Below are positions 38,844 through 47,580 of a stretch of DNA of 64,000 nucleotides, one piece after another. Under the pieces are notes generated by a model that did not search any database, had not been told where the DNA came from, and saw only the letters and a program-made list of their open reading frames with translations. The translations under genes and the position numbers were made by a program. Every line of letters begins with the position of its first letter. The first letter of the stretch is position 1. The stretch is from an uncultured Pelagibacteraceae bacterium. Its GTDB lineage: Bacteria; Pseudomonadota; Alphaproteobacteria; Pelagibacterales; Pelagibacteraceae. The DNA lies in NCBI GenBank assembly GCA_902520215.1, contig CABYNA010000003.1, positions 25,462-89,461 on the forward strand, read 5' to 3'.

Positions 38844-38874
38844 AAAAAGGGCGCTACAAAGAAATGTAGCGCCC
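38844..38874 (-). terminator. Intrinsic terminator after amt and the 76-aa gene
   Basis: GGGCGCTACA / TGTAGCGCCC perfect 10-bp stem; A5 on the plus strand gives the U-tail on minus. Confidence 0.88.
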
Positions 38875-38889
38875 AAATTTTACTTTATA

Positions 38890-39120
38890 TTACCAATCAG
38901 TAATATTGCTTTTGTGGTCGTTTGCACCATGTCTTTTCCTCGCCAATCTTTCCAGTTCCTCACTTTCAGATTTTGAAGTTAAGACGTGCCAACCTATCCA
39001 CACAATAATAGCAAGTATTACCAATAAGCCTTCACTAGATCCAGCACCAGGATAAACAGCACCTGCAACTTGATCTGCAGGTTTATTTAGGTGATCAATC
39101 CAGTTTGTAACTGTTGCCAT
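38890..39120 (-). CDS. 76-aa membrane protein cotranscribed with amt
   Basis: Strong SD AGGAGG, 11 nt after amt stop; TM LLVILAIIVWIGWHV. Confidence 0.8.
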   Translation of the reverse strand: MATVTNWIDHLNKPADQVAGAVYPGAGSSEGLLVILAIIVWIGWHVLTSKSESEELERLARKRHGANDHKSNITDW

Positions 39121-39131
39121 ATTTTCCTCCT

Positions 39132-40532
39132 TTACCTGGTTGCGGATGCGACTGCTTTTTCATCTGACTTAGCAGTCTCCATTATTTCATAGTCTAGTCC
39201 GGCTATTTCAACTTCACGCGGAATTCTAAGTTTACCCATTCCGTGTAAAACTTTAGCTATGATGTAGCCTGGAATTAGTCCAAGAACAAAAAACATTATT
39301 ATTGCTCCTAAGAACATTCCTAAAGGATTTATTGAAGCATAAGTTGTTCCGTCCCACATAGCTCCAACACTATAACCAGATGATGGATAACCATTTAGAA
39401 CAAAACCACATATAACTAAACCAATAAATCCTGCATAACCATGAACTGCTACTGCACCTACTGCATCATCAATTTTGAACTTACGCTCAACCCAATAATG
39501 TAGTTTGTAGGAAATAACAACACCGATCATACCTATGATCATTGATTGTATCGGATGATATAAATCATTTCCAGCTGAAGCACAGATGATACCCGCTAGT
39601 CCACTAGAGTACGTCCAGAAAGGATCACCTTTAGCAATCCAGTATCCAGCTAATAAGCCTCCTGATAATGACATCAGAAAGTTAAAAGTAATACCACTGA
39701 GTGTAGTCGGAGTTACATATATGTTTGTTGCTGTCCAATATGAAATACCTTCCATTCCATACTCAGGTCCAAGATCAAATATCGGTATGTTACATGCCGC
39801 ATAGAATCCCCAGAAACCAGTATAAATCAGAAATAATCCAATTGTTACTAGCCAAGGATTTCTTGGCCCTATATTTCTTGGTTCACCACTTGATGAGAAT
39901 TTTCCAATTCTCGGTCCTAAAACCATTAGAACTCCAAGAGCAAATCCACCCGCAATCGCATGAATTACTCCTGATGCATATGCATCGTGGTATCCTAAAA
40001 TTTTAAGCATCCAACCATCAAAATGCCATCCCCAAGCAGCATCGATTGTCCAGAAAACTGAACCAATTGCTATTGCTAAAATACCAAAAGCAAAAGTTGT
40101 TATTCTTTCAATAATCGCTCCTGAAACGATAGATGCAGCAGTCCAAGAAAATAATAAAAAAGCAGCCCAGAAAACACCATTAATGTGATCTCCAAGGTTA
40201 ATTGCCATTATACTACTTGTTGCCACCTGAAATTTTGCACTAAACAAACTATCATCAGTGATTAAAGCTGTACTTTCGTTCATTATTGAAGGTGCTATCC
40301 CAGGTCCTGTTGGGAAAGCCCAGTAAATCCACCAACCAAATAAAAACCAAGTTACTGTTACTAGAGGTATCAGCATCGTGTTTTTCATAAGAGTATGTTG
40401 ATGGTGTTTGTATCGAGAAGCTCCAACTTCATACATACAGAAACCGACGTGAATTAAAAACATCAGCACTACTGTTATCCAGTAGTAAAATTCTGTAAAT
40501 ATAGTAGTAAGAGCACCTAACTGATCAGTCAT
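39132..40532 (-). CDS. amt: Amt-family ammonium/methylamine channel (divergent)
   Basis: Multi-TM; SGAIIER, HDAYASGVIH, LGPRIGKF, KIDDAVGAVAVHG, C-terminal LRIPREVEIAGLD. Confidence 0.9.
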   Translation of the reverse strand: MTDQLGALTTIFTEFYYWITVVLMFLIHVGFCMYEVGASRYKHHQHTLMKNTMLIPLVTVTWFLFGWWIYWAFPTGPGIAPSIMNESTALITDDSLFSAKFQVATSSIMAINLGDHINGVFWAAFLLFSWTAASIVSGAIIERITTFAFGILAIAIGSVFWTIDAAWGWHFDGWMLKILGYHDAYASGVIHAIAGGFALGVLMVLGPRIGKFSSSGEPRNIGPRNPWLVTIGLFLIYTGFWGFYAACNIPIFDLGPEYGMEGISYWTATNIYVTPTTLSGITFNFLMSLSGGLLAGYWIAKGDPFWTYSSGLAGIICASAGNDLYHPIQSMIIGMIGVVISYKLHYWVERKFKIDDAVGAVAVHGYAGFIGLVICGFVLNGYPSSGYSVGAMWDGTTYASINPLGMFLGAIIMFFVLGLIPGYIIAKVLHGMGKLRIPREVEIAGLDYEIMETAKSDEKAVASATR

Positions 40533-40602
40533 ATTCTCTCTCCATATTAGTTTTTTAAAAGCCTATTAAATTTTAAGATATGTTACAAATGAAACAGAGC
40601 TT

Positions 40603-40628
40603 AAAAACCTTACATTTGTGTAAGGTTT
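40603..40628 (-). terminator. Hairpin terminator after mgsABC and the 132-aa gene
   Basis: AAACCTTACA-tttg-TGTAAGGTTT 10-bp stem with adjacent A-run. Confidence 0.65.
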
Positions 40629-40657
40629 AAAAAAAAAATCAACTTAAGATTGAGAAC

Positions 40658-41056
40658 TTAAAATTTTAGGTAAGCTTTTTTTAAATCAACAAGAGGATGT
40701 TTTGGTGACATTTGGAATTTAACTAACAATTCTCTTGCAATCATGTCTCTGTCTTGCTGGTTATTAGGTAACTTAATTGATTTTGGGATTGTTACCCATC
40801 CATTAGCATTTCTGCAAAATACAGCCGGCTTACCTTCCTCATAACCCATATGTACATCTTCTAACCAATTAAGATCATCCCATCCCATAGCTTCGATATA
40901 TTTTTTTAAGAAAGGAGTGATTTTTTTATAATCTGGTAAAAGGTTTACGTCATATCGATAACCAATTGACTGACCAATCATTTTTTCTCTAGCAGTTTCT
41001 TTTTTTTTACCTAGCTGACTAGAGGCTTCTTTTTTTTTATTTTTTTTCTTCGCCAT
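40658..41056 (-). CDS. Hypothetical soluble protein, 132 aa, directly after mgsC
   Basis: Open frame 8 nt after mgsC stop; Lys-rich N-terminus; MGWDDLNWLEDVHMGYE core. Confidence 0.8.
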   Translation of the reverse strand: MAKKKNKKKEASSQLGKKKETAREKMIGQSIGYRYDVNLLPDYKKITPFLKKYIEAMGWDDLNWLEDVHMGYEEGKPAVFCRNANGWVTIPKSIKLPNNQQDRDMIARELLVKFQMSPKHPLVDLKKAYLKF

Positions 41057-41064
41057 ATTATAAT

Positions 41065-42477
41065 CTAGATCTTATGGAAGTTATCAACACCAACTGTATA
41101 GTTTGTTCCAGCTAATGGAACTTTAGCTAGTGCAGAAGCTTCAGATGTTAACGCTGCTAAATCTTCAGGTTCTAGAGAATGGATATTCGTTTTACCACAT
41201 GCTCTAGCTAACAATTGAGCTTCAAGTGTCATTGAATGAAGATAATTATAAACTCTTAATGCAGCATCATCAGGATTTAGTCTCGCTCTTAATTTTGGAT
41301 CCTGAGTTGCAACACCCACAGGACATCTTCCTGTATGGCAGTGATAACATTCACCTGCTTTAACACCCATTTCTTTTTCAAAATCAGCTTCTGGAATATC
41401 TTTATTACAATTTAATGCGATCATTGAGCCAGTACCAATCGCAATAGCATCAGCCCCTAATGCTAAAGCTTTTGCCATATCAGCACCATCTCTTACACCA
41501 CCAGCATAAATCAATGTAACTTTTCCAGTTTTACCCACATCATCCAACGCTCTCCTCGCTTCTCTTATAGCTGCGATACCAGGAATACCTGTATTGGCAG
41601 CTGCAATGTGTGGACCTGCACCTGTTGATCCTTCCATACCATCTAAATAAATAGAGTCTGGATCACACTTTGCGGCCATACGAACATCATCATAAACTTT
41701 TGATGCACCTAATTTTAATTGAATTGGCACTTTATTTTTTGTTAGTTGTCTTAATTCTTCAACTTTTAAAGCTAAGTCATCAGGACCTAACCAGTCTGGG
41801 TGTCTAGCAGGAGATCTTTGATCAATTCCTGATGGTAATGATCTCATTTCAGCTACTTGATCAGTAACTTTTTGACCCATCAAGTGTCCTCCCATACCGA
41901 CTTTTTGACCTTGTCCAATAAATACCTCAATTCCATCTGCAAGTTGTGCATGATGTGGGTTAAATCCATATCTAGATTGAATACATTGGTAAAACCATTT
42001 TTCAGAATATCTTCTTTCATCCGGGATCATTCCACCTTCACCGGAACAAGTGGCACTTCCAGCCATTGTTGCTCCTCGAGCAAGTGCTGTTTTAGCTTCA
42101 TAAGATAAAGCGCCAAAACTCATACCAGTAATATAAACTGGTATATCTAATTCAATTGGGTTCTCACATCTTGGACCAATTACAGTTTTGGTTTCACACT
42201 TTTCTCTGTAACCTTCGATTACAAATCTAGTTAAAGTTCCTGGTAAGAAAACTAGATCGTCAAATGTAGGAATTTTTTTCATTAATGCCATTCCACGCAT
42301 TCTGTATCTTCCTAACTGAGATTTAATATGGATGTCATCAATTACCTCTGGGGTAAATATGGCGTTGTGACCAAGTAAACTTTTGTTTCTTGATCCGTTG
42401 TTACTTACGTGAACATCAGCTTTACCACCAACGTTACCATTTGATTTTCCGTTTTTTTTCTTTTTTTTCTTAGCCAT
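41065..42477 (-). CDS. mgsC: N-methylglutamate synthase FMN subunit (GlxD/MgsC)
   Basis: GMSFGALS, SGEGG, GQGQKVGMGGHLMG, RSPARHPDW, CYHCHTGRCPVGVATQDP Fe-S motif. Confidence 0.85.
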   Translation of the reverse strand: MAKKKKKKNGKSNGNVGGKADVHVSNNGSRNKSLLGHNAIFTPEVIDDIHIKSQLGRYRMRGMALMKKIPTFDDLVFLPGTLTRFVIEGYREKCETKTVIGPRCENPIELDIPVYITGMSFGALSYEAKTALARGATMAGSATCSGEGGMIPDERRYSEKWFYQCIQSRYGFNPHHAQLADGIEVFIGQGQKVGMGGHLMGQKVTDQVAEMRSLPSGIDQRSPARHPDWLGPDDLALKVEELRQLTKNKVPIQLKLGASKVYDDVRMAAKCDPDSIYLDGMEGSTGAGPHIAAANTGIPGIAAIREARRALDDVGKTGKVTLIYAGGVRDGADMAKALALGADAIAIGTGSMIALNCNKDIPEADFEKEMGVKAGECYHCHTGRCPVGVATQDPKLRARLNPDDAALRVYNYLHSMTLEAQLLARACGKTNIHSLEPEDLAALTSEASALAKVPLAGTNYTVGVDNFHKI

Positions 42478-43331
42478 TAAATTGCTCCTTTTTTCTCAGC
42501 AGGTTCTAAGTTGTCGTAATTCCAAAGTTTTTTACCAGCTACAATTTTTTTCATTTTACTTACATCAAAGTTTTCACCAATTTCAGCAACTCTAAGTTTT
42601 CTTCTTAACCAATCTTGATCGCTTTGCGTCAACTCTGAATCTACTGCATCACTACCATATGACCCGATTTCTCCACCTACGAAAATTGTCCCATCATACA
42701 TCGAATCACCTAAATTTATGCCAACATCTCCCAATATGATTATTCTTCCTCTTTGCATCATAAACCCAGTAAATGCACCAGCGTCACCACCAATAATGAT
42801 AGTTCCACCTTTCATATCGATGCCAGTTCTTGCACCGACACTACCTTTGCAAATTAAATCACCACCTCTGATAGCAGCTCCAAAACAAGAACCTGCATTC
42901 TTTTCAATTACAACTTTTCCAGCCATTAGATTCTCTGCACATGACCAACCAACTCTTCCATTGATTCTTACAATCGGACCATCGCTAGAGCCCATACCAA
43001 AGTACCCTAAACTGCCTTCAAAAATTAAATTTAATTTATTTAAAATTCCAACACCCAGACTATGTTTTCCTTGAGGATTTTTGATGACTATTGTTCCATA
43101 GCCTTGGCTCATTAAATTATCGAGTTCTTTATTAGCTTCAGCTGCCGTCATATTTTTTACATCAAGATCTGTTCTTTTATTAAAATCGACATCATAAGTT
43201 CCAAAGTAATAAAAATTTTCTGCTTCATCTGGATTAAAAAATTTCTGTTGAGTTCTTCCAGTTAAAACTTCTGAGTGCATTCCCATTGCCTGGGCTTTTG
43301 TTTTTTTGGTTACGTTTTTTAAATTTGCCAT
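42477..43331 (-). CDS. mgsB: N-methylglutamate synthase GXGXG subunit (GlxC/MgsB)
   Basis: GXGXG beta-helix repeats, AENLMAG, RTGIDMKGG, LGDSMYDG; N-terminal extension. Confidence 0.82.
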   Translation of the reverse strand: MANLKNVTKKTKAQAMGMHSEVLTGRTQQKFFNPDEAENFYYFGTYDVDFNKRTDLDVKNMTAAEANKELDNLMSQGYGTIVIKNPQGKHSLGVGILNKLNLIFEGSLGYFGMGSSDGPIVRINGRVGWSCAENLMAGKVVIEKNAGSCFGAAIRGGDLICKGSVGARTGIDMKGGTIIIGGDAGAFTGFMMQRGRIIILGDVGINLGDSMYDGTIFVGGEIGSYGSDAVDSELTQSDQDWLRRKLRVAEIGENFDVSKMKKIVAGKKLWNYDNLEPAEKKGAI

Positions 43332-44263
43332 ACTTTAACCTCTCCATCGAATGGATCATAAGTATCAATTTCTTGTGGCAAAATTGATCTTATAGCTATT
43401 TCCTCTGAACCCATTGCCACCAAATCATCAGACTCATATAATACTAAAGGTTTTGCGGCCATTGTATCTTTAGCCATTCCCAAAGAGTCTTTTGTGGCAA
43501 CAAAATAAGTAAATACACCATCGAGACCTGTTAATGACTCTTTCATTCCTTCTTCTAACGAAGCCCCATCTCTCATTTTTTCAGCGAGGTAAACTGCAAT
43601 TAATTCAGAGTCACATTCAGACATAAATCTCATTCCCTTATTTTCTAAAGCTCTTCTATTATTCCAATAATTAGTTAGTTGACCATTATGAACAACGGAC
43701 ACATCACTAAAAGGATATCCCCAAAAAGGGTGGGCAGATTTGATATCTACACCAGACTCAGTAGCCATTCTTGCATGTCCAATTGCATGAGTACCAACAA
43801 GTTTATCTAAGTTATATCTATCGCAAACCATTTTTGCATTCCCTAGATCTTTGATTACTTCTAAAGATTTACCCATAGATAAAATTTCAACACCAGGAAT
43901 GCTTTCTATTTTTTGTGAAAACTCTAATAAATCTTTTTTATTGTATTCAATTTCGTATCTTAATGAGTATGGGAGTATTCTTTCCTCTTTAATAATTTTT
44001 GCGCCCATTTCTGCAAGATAACTATCAACAATTTTCTTTCTTTCATCGTATACAGATACATCTTCAGCAACTGACGTACTTCCTTCACCAACGTTTTCAC
44101 CAACTTTAAATCTCATGATGAAATTTTTGCCATCTGTATCACCATACAAAGCATAACCAGTAGAGTCTTCTCCTCGATGTTTTAAGGCTTGCAACATTCC
44201 TTGGAGTTCATGACCTACGTTGGATGATTTCCCTCTATGAATTAATCCCGCTATTCCGCACAT
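43319..44263 (-). CDS. mgsA: N-methylglutamate synthase class II amidotransferase subunit (GlxB/MgsA)
   Basis: MCGIAG Ntn cysteine, RGEDSTG, GHARMATES, AHPF, VHNGQLTN, DSE. Confidence 0.85.
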   Translation of the reverse strand: MCGIAGLIHRGKSSNVGHELQGMLQALKHRGEDSTGYALYGDTDGKNFIMRFKVGENVGEGSTSVAEDVSVYDERKKIVDSYLAEMGAKIIKEERILPYSLRYEIEYNKKDLLEFSQKIESIPGVEILSMGKSLEVIKDLGNAKMVCDRYNLDKLVGTHAIGHARMATESGVDIKSAHPFWGYPFSDVSVVHNGQLTNYWNNRRALENKGMRFMSECDSELIAVYLAEKMRDGASLEEGMKESLTGLDGVFTYFVATKDSLGMAKDTMAAKPLVLYESDDLVAMGSEEIAIRSILPQEIDTYDPFDGEVKVWQI

Positions 44264-44284
44264 ATATTTCTCTCTCTGTATTTA

Positions 44285-45754
44285 TTATGGTAAACAATCT
44301 AAATAGGTATCTAAATCCCATTGAGTTGTTGCACCTAAAAATCTTTCCCATTCATCATTTTTATACCAATGGAAAACTTTATACATCTCATCAGGCATTG
44401 CGGATTTAATAATTTCATCCTCTGATAATCTTTCTAAAGCCTCACCTAAACTCAAAGGAAGTTTCTTAACATCTTTACCTGCCTTTTGAGCTTCATAAAT
44501 ATTTCTAGACTCTGGAGCTGCTGGTTGCATCTTTTTACTTATTCCATGATCGCAAGCTTTTAATAAGGCTGCACCTAATAAATATGGATTATGCATTGAG
44601 TCTACCGATCTGTATTCAAATCTACCTGGCGCAGATACTCTCAATCCACAAGTTCTATTTTGATAACCCCAGTCAGCATAAACAGGAGCCCAGAAACCTT
44701 GATCCCACAATCTTCTATATGAATTTACAGTTGAAGATCCTAAAGCTGTTAAAGCTGGTAAATGTTCCATAATTCCTGCTATTGATTGCAATCCAATTTT
44801 TCCAGGTAACTGCATATCCTTAGTATCTGGCATGAAAGTGTTTGTTCCACCTTCAACATAACCAAAAACTTCTTCGACACCTGGTAAAGATTTGTGTCCA
44901 AGCTTATTCGTTTTAACTTTTCCACCTTTCCATAAAGACATATTAGTATGACAACCACTCGCTGAAACTCCCATAAATGGTTTGGTCATAAAACATGCAA
45001 TTAGATTATGTTCTCTTGCAACTTGAGCACATATTTGTCTGTAAGTAGATAGTCTATCTGCATTTCTTAAAACGTTGTCATATGTCCAGTTCAATTCTAA
45101 TTGACCAGGTGCATCTTCGTGATCACCTTGAATCATATCTAGACCCATTGCTTTTGCATATTCAATCACCTTCATAAACACAGGTCTTAATGACTCAAAT
45201 TGGTCTATGTGATAACAAAATGGTTTCGAAAATCCTTTTCCAGTTGGAGTTCCATCATCATTTTTAGTCAACCACATCATTTCTGGCTCAGTTCCTACCC
45301 TTAGTTCTAAACCATGTTTCTTTTGGAATTCATCCATGAAAATTCTTAAATTTCCTCTGCAATCAGAAGTTAAATGACCTCCAGGATTATTTCTCTCTTC
45401 TCTGTTTCTAAAACAAGTTACAAAAACTCTTCCAACTCTTTTATCCCATGGTAACTGACAAAAAGTTTCAGGGTCAGGAATTCCAACTAATTCCATTGCC
45501 TCTGGTCCATAACCAATATAGTTGTTGTGTCGATCTAAAAATAAGTTTGCAGTTGCTCCGTAAACTAATTGGAAACCTTTTTCAGCTGTTCTTTCCCAAT
45601 GATCAGCGGGTATTCCTTTTCCAACCACTCTTCCTGTTACAGAAATAAATTGATAATAAATATAAGTTATTCCTAATTCGTTTATTTTTTCTCTGACTTT
45701 TTTGACTTGCTTATCTCTACCTGGTCGGTTTACGTGTTTTTCTAGATCCGTCAT
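44285..45754 (-). CDS. Second glutamine-synthetase-like gamma-glutamyl-amine ligase
   Basis: GTEPEM, DHEDAPGQLELN, FMTKP..SASGCH, NSYRRL, NRTCGLR, RFEYRS; GFWAP in place of the canonical GYEAP flap; SD GAGGGG. Confidence 0.85.
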   Translation of the reverse strand: MTDLEKHVNRPGRDKQVKKVREKINELGITYIYYQFISVTGRVVGKGIPADHWERTAEKGFQLVYGATANLFLDRHNNYIGYGPEAMELVGIPDPETFCQLPWDKRVGRVFVTCFRNREERNNPGGHLTSDCRGNLRIFMDEFQKKHGLELRVGTEPEMMWLTKNDDGTPTGKGFSKPFCYHIDQFESLRPVFMKVIEYAKAMGLDMIQGDHEDAPGQLELNWTYDNVLRNADRLSTYRQICAQVAREHNLIACFMTKPFMGVSASGCHTNMSLWKGGKVKTNKLGHKSLPGVEEVFGYVEGGTNTFMPDTKDMQLPGKIGLQSIAGIMEHLPALTALGSSTVNSYRRLWDQGFWAPVYADWGYQNRTCGLRVSAPGRFEYRSVDSMHNPYLLGAALLKACDHGISKKMQPAAPESRNIYEAQKAGKDVKKLPLSLGEALERLSEDEIIKSAMPDEMYKVFHWYKNDEWERFLGATTQWDLDTYLDCLP

Positions 45755-45823
45755 TTTCCCCTCAATGAATTATAAATTTATTCAAGCGTAACTGAAAAAT
45801 TTATTAGTGTCTAGGCTTGAAGT

Positions 45824-47170
45824 TTAGCTCCAAGGAAACGGACTGTTCGAAGTAGGGTGCAATTCTCCCTTCTCGTAACGGTTGAATCTAAATGGTTTTA
45901 ATAAATCACTTTCAGTACCAAGAATTTCTTTTGCCACCAGTTCGCCAACACCAATCATTTTGTATCCATGATTAGCATCAGCGATCATATAAACATTTTC
46001 AAAAAATCTATCAAAGATCGGAAAAGAGTCAGGGGTCATACATCCAAGTCCACCTGAAGGACCCTTTCTATACAGGTCTGATTTTCCCTCAAATCTTTTT
46101 TGACAATGAGCTAAAGCTGAGCACCACATTTCACTAAAAGCATCAGTTGTTTGATACTCTGGTGACTCAATCCCATATGGATCAACATTAACTTTATCAA
46201 AATGTTTTTTAACAATGTAAGGAGAAGTTCCCCCTTGAACACCTAACCCTTCAATATCAGGCTTATAATAAATTCCCCAAATTTTATCTGTGATTAATTT
46301 TTTTGTTTTATCTGAATACAATGGCGCAGTAGAGTCGACATGAACTACAGGCGGTTGTTTACCATCATTTGTTTTTAAGAAATCTGATTCTACTCCAATA
46401 ACACCTTCTTGAAGCATCCAGTAAGTCCACATGTCAGTAACATGCATCTTACCATCTTTACCTTTAATGTTTGCAGTTTTGGGCAGTTCTAACATGTTCC
46501 AAAAATCTCTTGCCCAAGGTCCCGCACCAATTACGACTTGTTCACAATCAATTGTACCTTTATCTGTTTCTACTCCAGTGACAGCTTTACTATTACTTCC
46601 TCTTTTAAAACCAGTAACTCTAACACCTTTCATCACTTGAACACCATTTGAGGTAGACTTATTTTCAAGTGCTTTAATTGAGTCTTTATTAAAAGCATAT
46701 CCACCTTTTTTTTCATGCAGAATAGATGTGATTCCTTGAGCTTGCCAATCATCAAATATACCCTTCATATAATTCATGCAATCTTTCTCACCTTCTATAA
46801 ATTCAGACTCATAACCGATTGCTTTTTGTTGTTCATAAATACTAGCTACATCCTCATGCATAACTTCAGGTGATATTTGTAAATAACCAACTGGATTATA
46901 TTTAAATGCTTTTGGATCACTCTCCCAAACTGAAACTGAATGGGCCATTAATTCTCTCATTGCTGGTTGAAAATAATTATTTCTAACAACACCACAAGCT
47001 ATGCCGCTCGCACCTGCTGCAGTATCTTTCTTTTCTAAAACAACAATATCTCCTGGATTTTTATACGTTTCGGATAGTTTCCAAGCAGTACTTAATCCAT
47101 GGATTCCCCCACCGATAATTACTACTTTTGCTTTTGTCGGTAATGACATAATCACATCTTTATTTTTCAT
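45824..47170 (-). CDS. DAO/sarcosine-oxidase-family FAD oxidoreductase
   Basis: VIIGGGIHGLSTAW, LEK, GASGIACGVVRNNY, VIGAGPW, TPDSFPI, HGYKM; alternative start at 47149. Confidence 0.85.
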   Translation of the reverse strand: MKNKDVIMSLPTKAKVVIIGGGIHGLSTAWKLSETYKNPGDIVVLEKKDTAAGASGIACGVVRNNYFQPAMRELMAHSVSVWESDPKAFKYNPVGYLQISPEVMHEDVASIYEQQKAIGYESEFIEGEKDCMNYMKGIFDDWQAQGITSILHEKKGGYAFNKDSIKALENKSTSNGVQVMKGVRVTGFKRGSNSKAVTGVETDKGTIDCEQVVIGAGPWARDFWNMLELPKTANIKGKDGKMHVTDMWTYWMLQEGVIGVESDFLKTNDGKQPPVVHVDSTAPLYSDKTKKLITDKIWGIYYKPDIEGLGVQGGTSPYIVKKHFDKVNVDPYGIESPEYQTTDAFSEMWCSALAHCQKRFEGKSDLYRKGPSGGLGCMTPDSFPIFDRFFENVYMIADANHGYKMIGVGELVAKEILGTESDLLKPFRFNRYEKGELHPTSNSPFPWS

Positions 47171-47229
47171 GCGACGTAAATATATAATTTTTTATATATA
47201 TAAAAAATATAAGTAAAAATAATAAAGCT

Positions 47230-47580
47230 TTAAAAGCTTAGATGTTTGAGTGTTTCAATGTATTTATTGAACTCTTCAATAAAAGATACACTTGGCTTTA
47301 TGTGCTTTTTTCGCTGGTCTCCAGAAGTTTTTTCTAAGAAAAAAAAACCTTTTTCACATGCCTCATTAATCATTAAAGCTGACTTAGGACGTGAAGTTTT
47401 AAACAATTTAGTCTTTAATTCTTCAACTGTTAAATCCTCTTTATACTTATAAGCGTGCATAACTAAAAGCATCATATGATAATGGGAAGGTGATTTTCTA
47501 AAAAAATAGTTACTAGACATGTGGGAAAGTTTCATCTGATCTTCCCAAAATTCTAATAAATCTTTTGCTGTTTTGGGCAT
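47230..47580 (-). CDS. Small winged-helix (MarR-like) regulator
   Basis: 116 aa; LTVEEL..SRPK..INEACEKGFF..SGDQRKKHI (MarR DxR wing); start overlaps tdm stop. Confidence 0.6.
   Translation of the reverse strand: MPKTAKDLLEFWEDQMKLSHMSSNYFFRKSPSHYHMMLLVMHAYKYKEDLTVEELKTKLFKTSRPKSALMINEACEKGFFFLEKTSGDQRKKHIKPSVSFIEEFNKYIETLKHLSF

Noticed and set aside
37330-45754. Reading these genes as ordinary GS/GOGAT ammonia assimilation (glnA, gltB)
   Set aside because: Both ligases lack FDGSS and the EAP flap, the synthase is split into three GlxBCD-type genes, and the context is methylamine catabolism
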